Origin: a virus
Lineage: Duplodnaviria; Caudoviricetes
Virus record (IMG/VR): IMGVR_UViG_3300032373_000001
Direction: 5' to 3' (one strand)
DNA: 64,000 bases
In this document: piece after piece, positions 44,301 to 53,200 of the stretch
How the letters are laid out: every line of letters starts with the position of its first letter
Numbering within the stretch: the first letter of the stretch is position 1
The notes under the pieces: generated by a model
The model's database searches: none
The model's input: the letters and a program-made list of their open reading frames with translations, nothing else
Told to the model about the DNA's origin: nothing
Position numbers and translations under genes: made by a program

Positions 44301-44863
44301 TCGACGCCCCCGTCCTCGCTCATGTCACAGCTGATTGCCGGCAAGGTGAACAGGCCAGCCCCCGGCTCCTCGATCACAGAGATGATGTGAGGCTGGTATG
44401 CCTTCAGGCCCTCGATGAGCAGGGCTCCGACCTCGGCGACCTTCGGGTCCTCGGCGTCCTCTGCCAGCTTGCCCACCACGCTCAAGAGGGGGCTGATGCT
44501 CAGCTCCACGGCCAGGGGGATGTCCTTCCCCTCCAGTTCCTTCTCGCGGAAGGGCATGCAGGCGCTGACGTCAACGCCCACCGCCGGAATCTCGCAGACC
44601 CCGTCGCGGGCAGAGACCAAGGCAGCGCGAGAAATGTCCACCGAGGAAGAAGCGACCCCGCTGGAGACGCAGGCCACCCAGTCCTCCTGGGCGATCGCGA
44701 CTTCCTGGGCACCGACCGTTGCGGCCTTGAGGGTGGTCAGCTCCATGAGGATGGAGTTCCAGTCCTCGACGGTGCCGTCCCAGTTCTTGAGGGCCAGGAT
44801 GACTCCGACGACCGCCATCAGGGCGAGGGCCAGGGAAGGAAGATACTCGCGCAACTTTTCCAT
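44297..44863 (-). CDS. N-terminally anchored membrane/exported protein, 188 aa
   Basis: Hydrophobic LALALMAVVGVILAL; AGGAG RBS; CATTA-N6-CTAT motif at 44896-44910. Confidence 0.75.
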   Translation of the reverse strand: MEKLREYLPSLALALMAVVGVILALKNWDGTVEDWNSILMELTTLKAATVGAQEVAIAQEDWVACVSSGVASSSVDISRAALVSARDGVCEIPAVGVDVSACMPFREKELEGKDIPLAVELSISPLLSVVGKLAEDAEDPKVAEVGALLIEGLKAYQPHIISVIEEPGAGLFTLPAISCDMSEDGGVE

Positions 44864-44904
44864 TTGGGGCTCCTGGTTTCAAGAACCCCGAGACCATAGC
44901 CAGT

Positions 44905-45369
44905 CTAATGCTGCTTGGTGTGCTCTTCCAAGTGCGGAGGAATCTGTGCATCCAAGATGCGGTAGTGGCGCGCGGCGTCCTCCGGGTCTACCAGGTCCGC
45001 TGCCTCCACCCACTCCTTGAGCCTCTCATCGAGGGGACTGAATCCCCGCTCACGGCGAAACAGGCCCTTGCCTACGCCGAGCAGCCGAGCCTGAGAACGA
45101 TGGGCGCGGTTCTGGGGGTCCCACCGCTGAAGCTCTGGGTCGTTGAGGATGCTGGGCATGCCCAGAGCCGCTGTGATGCCTGCCTCAGCATCCCCGGCGA
45201 CGTGGGACTCCACCCGGTTGCGGTAGAGAACCAGGGCCTCGGAGGCCACCTTCAGGACCCCCTCGACCAGCTGGGGGTTGCGCTCCAGGGTCTGACGAAG
45301 GTCGTCCAAGAAGTCGCGGTTCTTGCGGGCGGCAGCTAAGGTTCGGGCGTCCTGGTCGTCTTCGTACAT
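44905..45369 (-). CDS. Hypothetical protein, 154 aa
   Basis: AGGAGG RBS; CCGTAATG upstream. Confidence 0.75.
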   Translation of the reverse strand: MYEDDQDARTLAAARKNRDFLDDLRQTLERNPQLVEGVLKVASEALVLYRNRVESHVAGDAEAGITAALGMPSILNDPELQRWDPQNRAHRSQARLLGVGKGLFRRERGFSPLDERLKEWVEAADLVDPEDAARHYRILDAQIPPHLEEHTKQH

Positions 45370-45440
45370 GGGTCGGGGCCTCCTGTTCGATGAGGCATTA
45401 CGGGTGACAGTAAACCCTCAAGCAAACCAGAGGAGGGTCT

Positions 45441-46229
45441 ATGAGAGCCAGGGAAGATCAAGTCCGAGAGCTGATCGAGGAGATCGAGCGCACCGTCAAA
45501 AGTATGGGGGCACCCTACATCTGGGGGACCTACTACCAGTACCAGACCCCCAAAAACAGGGTGCGCTACGGGCACGAAGACTGGGACAGGCAACGCATCG
45601 AGGCCGAAATCCAGAAGTACTGCGGGATACAACGGAGCTTCCTGCAGAGAACCCTCCGCATCCTGGAGGGCCCAGAAGTGGCTGCGTTCTTCGAGGCACA
45701 AGCTGAGGGGGCTGACGGGTTCCTGCGGAGCGCCCCGGACTTGGGAAAAGCCTTGGGAGCGACCCACCGCCTGTTGAATGGGGTACAGGTCGGCACCGTC
45801 GACCATGGCCGGTGGGGCAGGTATCCGACGATGCTGGACTTCAGCACGTTCCTCCATGGCATGGGGGACCTACTCAGCTACCTCAAGGGCTACAGACCCA
45901 GCGAGGGGCAGATCGAGAAGTACCACTGCCAGAAGTGCGGGAGGATGGGGGTCAAGCTGTGGCGGTACACCCACGACGGAAGCGAGGGCCTCTGCAGCTT
46001 CCACGCCACCGACCAGGCCGGGTTGAGGGACGAGATCGACGAGGTAGGGAAAATGGGCATGAAGATCCTCCCCGAGGACGAGTACGAGGAGCGGTCCGAC
46101 CAGATCTACAACCCTGAGCAGGGCTCCAACATGCTACCCTGGGTGCCGTGCCCGGTAGAAGGCACGTGGGGGTACTCCTCCGTCCCGCCAGAAGCCTGCC
46201 GATGGTGGAGGGAACTGCCCACCCGCTGA
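45441..46229 (+). CDS. Hypothetical protein, 262 aa, with C-terminal CxxC and WGYSSVP...WWRELP motif
   Basis: GAGGAGG RBS. Confidence 0.75.
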   Translation: MRAREDQVRELIEEIERTVKSMGAPYIWGTYYQYQTPKNRVRYGHEDWDRQRIEAEIQKYCGIQRSFLQRTLRILEGPEVAAFFEAQAEGADGFLRSAPDLGKALGATHRLLNGVQVGTVDHGRWGRYPTMLDFSTFLHGMGDLLSYLKGYRPSEGQIEKYHCQKCGRMGVKLWRYTHDGSEGLCSFHATDQAGLRDEIDEVGKMGMKILPEDEYEERSDQIYNPEQGSNMLPWVPCPVEGTWGYSSVPPEACRWWRELPTR

Positions 46230-46259
46230 GCCTACCTCCCCAGCAACGCATCGTACATG

Positions 46260-46598
46260 TCAGGGTGTACGAGGCATCGGGTCAGGGGAATGCCGCCGCC
46301 GCTCTTCGGGGGTGTCGTTCCCCCCGAACAGAGAAGCAACCTTCTCTTCCTGCTTCGAGCGCTTGACCCACCGCTCGAAGCAGCCATGCACACCAAGAAG
46401 AACGTCCAACTCCCGGACCTCGGCCGGTGTCAGGTGCCCGCGCTTCCTGTAGAGCTTGCCCAGCTGCCAACAGCGCTTGACTTCAGGGGTGGTCCCGTTC
46501 TTATGGAAGTCATGCCGCTCTTGGTCGGTCATGAATGGGGGCCAAGTGTCCTCGAAGGCCCCCATTCCAATACTCTCACGAAAGGTCCGGTTCGCCAT
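46260..46598 (-). CDS. Hypothetical basic protein, 112 aa
   Basis: ORF coupled to the upstream gene; weak RBS. Confidence 0.5.
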   Translation of the reverse strand: MANRTFRESIGMGAFEDTWPPFMTDQERHDFHKNGTTPEVKRCWQLGKLYRKRGHLTPAEVRELDVLLGVHGCFERWVKRSKQEEKVASLFGGNDTPEERRRHSPDPMPRTP

Positions 46599-46611
46599 AC
46601 ACAGGATTACC

Positions 46612-47136
46612 CTACTTCTTCTTCTTGCGGAGATTCTTGATACGCTTCCGCTCAGAGGCAGTCGCCCGCGTCAAGAGATGGATGTCCCCCGGCCGGTCGA
46701 TCGCCAGGTCCCAAGTACGCTGGCCTGCACCCCAAGAGGCCCGCACCGTGCAATGGTAGTCGCTGAGGGTGAGGATGGGACCTTCGGCCGCGCCGTCAAG
46801 CCAGCCATGCTCCGTGCGGGTCACCGAGACGACATCTCCGATGTTGAAGTCATCCGTGAACTTCCTCCGAGGAGTGCCGCCTGGGGGGTCAGGGAGCCTC
46901 GTGGGAATGCGACCCCCCAGCTCTGAAAAGCGGGCCGGGGGCTCTCCGACCACGTCCAGCCAGATCGAGTCCACCACCTTCCTGAGCACCTTGCGCTGCG
47001 GGCGACCGTCCGAAGTGCAAAACACTGCCACCGTCACCTGGGGGTGGTGGCCCTTCTTATCCTGCACCTCGAAGACCTTGGCGTACCAGCCCTTCTTCTG
47101 GGTATCCTTGACGATGTCTCCAACCTCGACCTTCAT
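46612..47136 (-). CDS. Tandem KOW/SH3-like protein, 174 aa
   Basis: VEVGDIV and FNIGDVVSV strands; AGGAG RBS. Confidence 0.6.
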   Translation of the reverse strand: MKVEVGDIVKDTQKKGWYAKVFEVQDKKGHHPQVTVAVFCTSDGRPQRKVLRKVVDSIWLDVVGEPPARFSELGGRIPTRLPDPPGGTPRRKFTDDFNIGDVVSVTRTEHGWLDGAAEGPILTLSDYHCTVRASWGAGQRTWDLAIDRPGDIHLLTRATASERKRIKNLRKKKK

Positions 47137-47173
47137 CTTCCGCTCCTACGGGCGTCAGTCTGAGGTTACGGGA

Positions 47174-47815
47174 TCAGAACGTGATACGCCAAGTGATACG
47201 GAGACGAGCAGTCGCCGACTTGGTGATGACGCCGAAGGTCAGGTAGTTGCAAAGTATGTCCAGCGTGCTCAGGTCTACCGTGGTGTCCCGCGTGGGGTAG
47301 GTGTCGGGGTTCGGGTTGGTCACCAACGGGTTCGAAGAGATGGTAGCAAGGATGCCCATCTCATTCAGCGGGCCGACAGCCTCTGCCTCGTCGTAGGTGA
47401 CGGTCCAGTCCACGATGTTCGTGGGAATGGCCACCGCGTTGCCAGAGCTGTCCCGGAAGGTGTAGCTGCTGAACGCCTTCCGCTCGATCTCAGCGTTGAG
47501 CTTCCGCTGGTCCGGGTCGGGGGCGTCTGGGCTCAGGAGGGCTCCCGTTGCTCCAGTGCCCACCCCAAGCATGTTTGCCCCCAAACTGCGAGAGCTGGGG
47601 TCGGTGAACAGGATGGCCGCGAGGATGCTGGCATCGGCAGTGATGACGTTAGGGATGTGGCGAGACTCCAGGGTCTCGCCAGTCTTCCCATCGATGAGGT
47701 CAATGAAGACCTCACCCTTGGCCTTGCCGGTGAGGATCGAACCCAGCTCCGCGTAGGGCAGGGTCATCGCTACAGCGTGAGCATCACGCGCATGGGGAAA
47801 CTTGTCCTTGTGCAT
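47174..47815 (-). CDS. Baseplate / tail-fibre attachment protein (gpH N-terminal-like), 213 aa
   Basis: LGVGTG...ERK...NEMGI...ITK...ITWRITF pattern; T-N7-CTAT motif at 47831-47845. Confidence 0.7.
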   Translation of the reverse strand: MHKDKFPHARDAHAVAMTLPYAELGSILTGKAKGEVFIDLIDGKTGETLESRHIPNVITADASILAAILFTDPSSRSLGANMLGVGTGATGALLSPDAPDPDQRKLNAEIERKAFSSYTFRDSSGNAVAIPTNIVDWTVTYDEAEAVGPLNEMGILATISSNPLVTNPNPDTYPTRDTTVDLSTLDILCNYLTFGVITKSATARLRITWRITF

Positions 47816-47839
47816 ACAGGACCCTCAAGGATAGGGGAA

Positions 47840-48913
47840 TCAGCGGAGGTCGAGCGCGCTCAGGAACTTCTGGGCTTCCTTGACCACCGCCTTCGAGGTA
47901 TCTTCCCGGATGATGTAGCGGAGGTGCTGCGCCGACGTCGCGTGGTCTTGGACCGCCTTCTTTCGGGTAGCCCAGTGGCGGTCCATGTCCCAGGTGAACT
48001 TGGCATCGCGAATGGTCCGCGACACCGATTGAAAGCCCTCATCGGGGGAGGTGTCAACACGGACAGGAGACGCCTGGGCAACGGTGGCTGCCTGGGAATA
48101 GGCAGCATCGTACTTCCGCAGCAGGGCCTGGACCATCTTCTTCATGTCGGACTCCCGGTATCCGACGATGGACTCTTGGCCATCAACCCACCCTCGCAGG
48201 AACTGCGTCGAGTCCCGTGGCAGAGAGCGCTTCTCTTCCCGGTTGATGGAAGAGACCACCTGACCGTCATCCTCAGAACCCACGGTCGAGCTGCCCACCG
48301 ACACCGTGGCCTTGGGTTCCTCGAAGCGCTTGGTCTCCACTCGCTCGTAAACGCTGGTGACGGTGCCTCGCGGAGAGTTCAGTCGAGTGTTCTTGCCGAC
48401 CTCGACTGCCTCATGCTTGGCCGAGGTCTTCAGGCGACCGACCACCCGACCCTGGCCCGAGGCGGTGCCCTCCGTCTTGGAGACCTCCGCACCCGACGAA
48501 GCCATCTGATCCGACGTCTTGCCGGCGTCCTTGGCATAGCGAGTGGAGGGCACCCTCCCAGTGTTGGCCTTCCTCCGGATCGAGGAGATCGACCCTACCT
48601 CTCGGTTGTCGTCGTCCACCGTAGTGGTCTCGACCCGGCGGCGGGTTGGGGAATCACTCACGGCAGAGCGCATTTCCACCCCAGCAGCCTGCGCTTTGAA
48701 CAGGGGGGTCTTATCCCCAGTGTCCGGGACCAGCCAGGAGCCCTTGACCGCAGCTCGAAGCTGCGCCTTGGTCAAAGGTAGGGAGGCCCCGCCAGCGCGG
48801 GTGGCCTTCTCACCATTCCAGACGATGACCTCGCCCGGGTCGATGTATTCGAGGTTATCCCCGCCGATCGAAATGCGGTTCCCCAAGACCGACTTGTACC
48901 TTCCTGGATTCAC
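47840..48913 (-). CDS. Hypothetical protein, 357 aa, with low-complexity centre
   Basis: GGAGG RBS; GTGA overlap. Confidence 0.75.
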   Translation of the reverse strand: MNPGRYKSVLGNRISIGGDNLEYIDPGEVIVWNGEKATRAGGASLPLTKAQLRAAVKGSWLVPDTGDKTPLFKAQAAGVEMRSAVSDSPTRRRVETTTVDDDNREVGSISSIRRKANTGRVPSTRYAKDAGKTSDQMASSGAEVSKTEGTASGQGRVVGRLKTSAKHEAVEVGKNTRLNSPRGTVTSVYERVETKRFEEPKATVSVGSSTVGSEDDGQVVSSINREEKRSLPRDSTQFLRGWVDGQESIVGYRESDMKKMVQALLRKYDAAYSQAATVAQASPVRVDTSPDEGFQSVSRTIRDAKFTWDMDRHWATRKKAVQDHATSAQHLRYIIREDTSKAVVKEAQKFLSALDLR

Positions 48914-49158
48914 TGACCATCCTCCGAATTCGTAGCGGCCGACAGCCCTCGACGGAGCTTGTCTTGCACCAGAGGCAAAAAGTCCGGTGCCACCCTCAGC
49001 CTACACACTACCCTTGCAACGGACTCTTCTCGCGAGAGCAAGCAGAAGTCCATCAGAAACTCAGACCCGTCCTGAATGATCCGCAGAGCATTGGCGTAGG
49101 TTCCTAAGATTTCCTCTTGAGGCACCTGGACCTCACAGGGGAGGTCTTCAAACTTCAT
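48910..49158 (-). CDS. DUF3467-family protein, 82 aa
   Basis: GTYANALRI...EFLMDF...RVVCRLRV pattern. Confidence 0.75.
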   Translation of the reverse strand: MKFEDLPCEVQVPQEEILGTYANALRIIQDGSEFLMDFCLLSREESVARVVCRLRVAPDFLPLVQDKLRRGLSAATNSEDGQ

Positions 49159-49456
49159 CCCTGCCCTCCAGAGCGAGCGTCAACAGATCGCAGATGTAGC
49201 AGAAGGCTGCGGCCCCGAAGGCGAACACCACCGCTCCCGAAAGGGGGCAACCCCCAGCAGTCCAGCACACCACCCAACCTGCATGGAACCCCGTGCAGAA
49301 AGCGCACTCGAACATGCGCTCGAAGAGGTTCTTGCCTTCCTGAACCCGAACACGGAGACCGAACAGAAAACCGTTCAGGGCAGGCAATTTGCCCTGCATG
49401 AGGGCAAACGTGATGCCGTATGCTGCTAACAGCATCAGGAAATTCGATGTCGCCAT
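49148..49456 (-). CDS. DUF1360-like membrane protein, 102 aa
   Basis: Hydrophobic helices around FECAFCTGFHAGW. Confidence 0.7.
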   Translation of the reverse strand: MATSNFLMLLAAYGITFALMQGKLPALNGFLFGLRVRVQEGKNLFERMFECAFCTGFHAGWVVCWTAGGCPLSGAVVFAFGAAAFCYICDLLTLALEGRDEV

Positions 49457-49483
49457 GGGGCCACCGTACCCGGCAGTACGCTC

Positions 49484-49975
49484 TCAGCGCGTCAAAGAGC
49501 GCACAATAACCGCCGCCGCCCCCAACACGACCCCGCTACTAACTCCGACTGCGACCCAAGACCGCGTCTTGTAGGTTTCGAGCTGAGACTCCAACGCCAA
49601 GCGACGGGTCCTTTCACTCTCCAGGGCTGCCGCCAGAACTGCGTCACCCTGTATCTGTTCGAGGCAGCGGTCCGCCAGCCCCAAGGTCTCATCGTACAGG
49701 TCCCAGTACTGAGCATCAAGCTCTTCGACCAACCCCTCGCAACGGCCCAGCCTCTGGGCCTTGAGGATGGCTGTGTCGTACATAGGTCCGGGGAGCAGGA
49801 AAGAGTTCTGACGGACCAACCGGGCCTCGTAGGTACCATCCCCCGCTTGGACCCACACCCAGCTCTGAGCCGGGAGCAGGAAGACTTCGTTTGGGACCGG
49901 GGGGCCCGGAGGCCCTCCGGAATCGGCCGGAGACTGAGCCAGGGCCAAGCTACCCAAAAAGATCATTGCCAGCAT
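49484..49975 (-). CDS. Exported protein with signal peptide and C-terminal TM (spanin-like), 163 aa
   Basis: MLAMIFLGSLALA-Q signal; coiled-coil segment; C-terminal VAVGVSSGVVLGAAAVIV. Confidence 0.55.
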   Translation of the reverse strand: MLAMIFLGSLALAQSPADSGGPPGPPVPNEVFLLPAQSWVWVQAGDGTYEARLVRQNSFLLPGPMYDTAILKAQRLGRCEGLVEELDAQYWDLYDETLGLADRCLEQIQGDAVLAAALESERTRRLALESQLETYKTRSWVAVGVSSGVVLGAAAVIVRSLTR

Positions 49976-50273
49976 TGACCTTCTCCTGATCTGTCATGCC
50001 ACGAAGAATGTCGAGCTCTTCTCGACGGACCTGCTCTTCTTTCTTACGAGACTCCTCGACCCGTCTCCGGGTGATTTCAGCCGCAGCCTTGCTGGCCTCG
50101 ACCTCTCGAAGAGACTCGTCTCGCCTACGGGCGGCTTCTGCCAACATCGCCATCGAAACAGCCCCGGCTGCGGCCCCCTCCACCCCCTGCCCTTTATGAA
50201 ACAGGATAGCAGAGCCTGCTGCCAGGAGCAGAACAACAACAGCCACGAGGATCCATTTCTGAGTCGAAGTCAT
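49950..50273 (-). CDS. Type-II membrane coiled-coil protein (i-spanin-like), 107 aa
   Basis: N-terminal TM WILVAVVVLLLAAGSAILF followed by a charged helix. Confidence 0.55.
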   Translation of the reverse strand: MTSTQKWILVAVVVLLLAAGSAILFHKGQGVEGAAAGAVSMAMLAEAARRRDESLREVEASKAAAEITRRRVEESRKKEEQVRREELDILRGMTDQEKVNAGNDLFG

Positions 50274-50285
50274 CTCACCCTCCTC

Positions 50286-53200
50286 TCAGTTAGCTGCCTC
50301 GATCGTGCCAGTAGTGATGGTGATGCTCTTCGGAAGGACTGCGCCGCCTTCCGGGAAGAACTCTGTTCCATCCAACGGGGCACCGCCCCCGATCAGGGAT
50401 TGCGCGCTGAGGTCCACCACCCCTTGACCCCAAGGCCCCGGACGCGAGTAGGGGCTGGTGTCATCGACCAACTCGTAGGCCGCAGCACCATTGCCAGCCG
50501 TGCCGGGGGTCCCATCCGGGTTGGGGTCGGTATCCGGGTCTGCCGAAGAGGGGGGAACATTGTCCCCCATGAGGGACGACAAGAGGAAGTCGTCTTCCCT
50601 CGGGGTCACGTCCTCCAGGACGAACAGGGCCTCTTGATTGTACCCAAACCGAGGACCCGTCGGGGGTGCCTCCCACCCAGGACCGCGCGCATTGGGGTAC
50701 AAGACCGGCGTCGGCGAGGTGTTGTTCGTGAGGGCCTCGCCGCCTCCCGCAGTGGAGTTTCCTGCACCGTAGGTTCCGCCGCCAGGGATGAAGATGGAGG
50801 TCTGGTTGAACAGGACTGCAGAGCCCCGGATGACCGCCCCCTGACGAGCACCGATGCCTGCCGGCCCCCCTTCCACAGTGAACTCGTTGGCATACTGTGA
50901 GCCATCCAGCTCCAGCAGCGCCAGCTCGTCGCAAGCCAGAGAAAGGTGGACGGAATCCCCAGCTTCGTCCTCGCAGTACTCCACCCCCGCGTACAAGGAG
51001 TCCTCACCATCCTGGAACTCCACCACGTTGTAGGGGTCATTGAGGACCAGCTTCTCCGCATCCGACAAGGTAGTCGAAGGGTCATTGAGGGCGCTGCCGT
51101 TGACCAGGACCGTAGTGGTGTACTCGCCCCTGCTTTTGGGGACTGGGGGGGTCCCCTCGTTGAGAATCGTGACCGACCCTTCCAGCGGCTGGGAGCAGAG
51201 GTACTCCTTGGTCTCGGGCCGCTTCGGGGCGAAGGTTACGGTGATCGGATATCGGTTGCCGGGCAGGGCCGTGGAGAAGGAAATCTCCTGGGTAGGTTCC
51301 TCAAAGCTCCAGGCGCTGGAGCTGAGGACTGAGCCGTCCACCTGGACGTTGAAGATCCGGTCGCCCAAGACCGCCGAGTCGAACAGGTTGGCGGTCTTAC
51401 TGGTTCGAGAAGTAAACGTGCGGACCTCGGGGGTCACATCCCGAGTAAACTCGCCTGAGCGGAACGTGGTTGCCCGGTTGAGCACCATGCCTTGCGGGGC
51501 CAGGGCATACCCATCATAGTCACCCCGGAGCCTGTACCGGAGAGACTTCCAGCGGCTCTGGGAGATGGCTTCGGGGTCCACCGCACCGAATTCAACGCAG
51601 CCCCTACTGGTGGGGAGCACCGGGAGTTGGGAGTACTCCACCCAGCCCCAGGCAGCGTCCAAGTCTGTGGCCGGAGTCACCCGGCCGAGACCTGTCGCGG
51701 GGGATGGGAGGTCTGGGCGGTAGAGAGTGACTCCCCAGATCGGATCGAGCAGCAGGCGCACTTGCATGTAGGAGCGCCAATCCATCTCGACAGGTGCCGC
51801 ACTCAAGGACGAGTTGGGCTCAGTGCTGGAGTCCGAACGCGGGATCACCCAACCGTCAAGGGTAGACGCCGAACCGGAGCGCTTCCGAAGACCCAGCGTT
51901 CGACCCAAAGTGGAGCCGCTCAGGGCAACGGGCCGCAGAGGGATCAGGGAAGTGGACTCGACGCTCCAGGTCGCCGCCCCATCTCCGCGAGCCCCCAAAA
52001 TTGCTCGAGGAGACCCGGCTTGACTGGCGAAGCTGCTGAGCGCTTCCGATGCCAAGACCGCATCATCCACCACAACCACGACCGAGTCTGCGACTGGGTC
52101 CAAGCTCATTCGGTAGGTGTGGTATGCGCCATCGTCCCAAGCATAGGAGATCGAGGCGATCTCCGCCCCAGAGTTGTCCACCAAGATGAGGGCAGAGTCT
52201 TTCCACCCCAGGACCACTTCCCGCACCGTACCTGAAGAGACCTCGACCCGGCACCCGAACGTCGGACCCAGCCCGACCGAGCCGGCAGTGCCCGAAGAGA
52301 TGAGGAGCCGAGACTCACTGACTACGCCCTCGTATTCGGCAGTAGCCGGTGCCTCCAGCTCCTGACACCACTCGCCATTCTGGGCAGCGGTCTTGGTCAG
52401 GTCCAGGACCTGACCTCGAACACTCACTGTAGGAAGCGTTCCGGATCCGGCTTCCCAACCGTCGTTCAGCGGAGTAAGGAGCCCGCTCAAGGAAGCTGAG
52501 GGGAGATCCGCAACCAGCGCTCGACCAGTGGCCGAAGTTGTGTAGAGCAAGGTCGTCAGCTCTACCTCACGGCCAGTATCCGCCAGTCGGATACTGACAT
52601 CCCCAGCCCCCAAATAGCCGCTCTCAACACGGAAGTCCGCAGTGAGGTCCGTAATGACCTTGGGGTTGAGATAGGGCTCCGTGCGCTGGTAGCCGAAGCG
52701 TAGCGGGAGGGAGCCGCTCCCAGAAGTGCTCTTAAGGACCAGCTGACCCCCCGTCGAGTCGACCTCCGAATAGCCGAAGCCCCCTCGAATGTACCAAGAG
52801 TCCGTGGACTCTTGGTCGGGGAGGACATTCATCTCAGTCAGGACGTACAGGCCCCGAACCAGCCGCAGCAGGGCTTCGGGTCGTGCCCGATATTGAGTGA
52901 TGTCCCACAGGGAACTGCTGACGGCAGGACGGGAGATCGAGCCCCAGAAGGCGATGCCGTCTTTGTCCTCTGGAAGGAGCAAAGATGTCTGCGCTGGGTA
53001 GGGGGCTACCTCACTGATGGTCGCTATAGTCCCGCCGACTTCCCCGCTGAGGGTGAGTTCAATTGAGCCTTCCGGCCACTCCCCGAGTGCACTCAAGGTG
53101 ACCAGGTTCTCATCCCAAGGGACTTCGAAGAAGACCTCAAAGCCGGTGGCCCCTACCTGATCCAAGTCTGCGGGCAGCGAGGGCTCAAGGTCGATGACAA

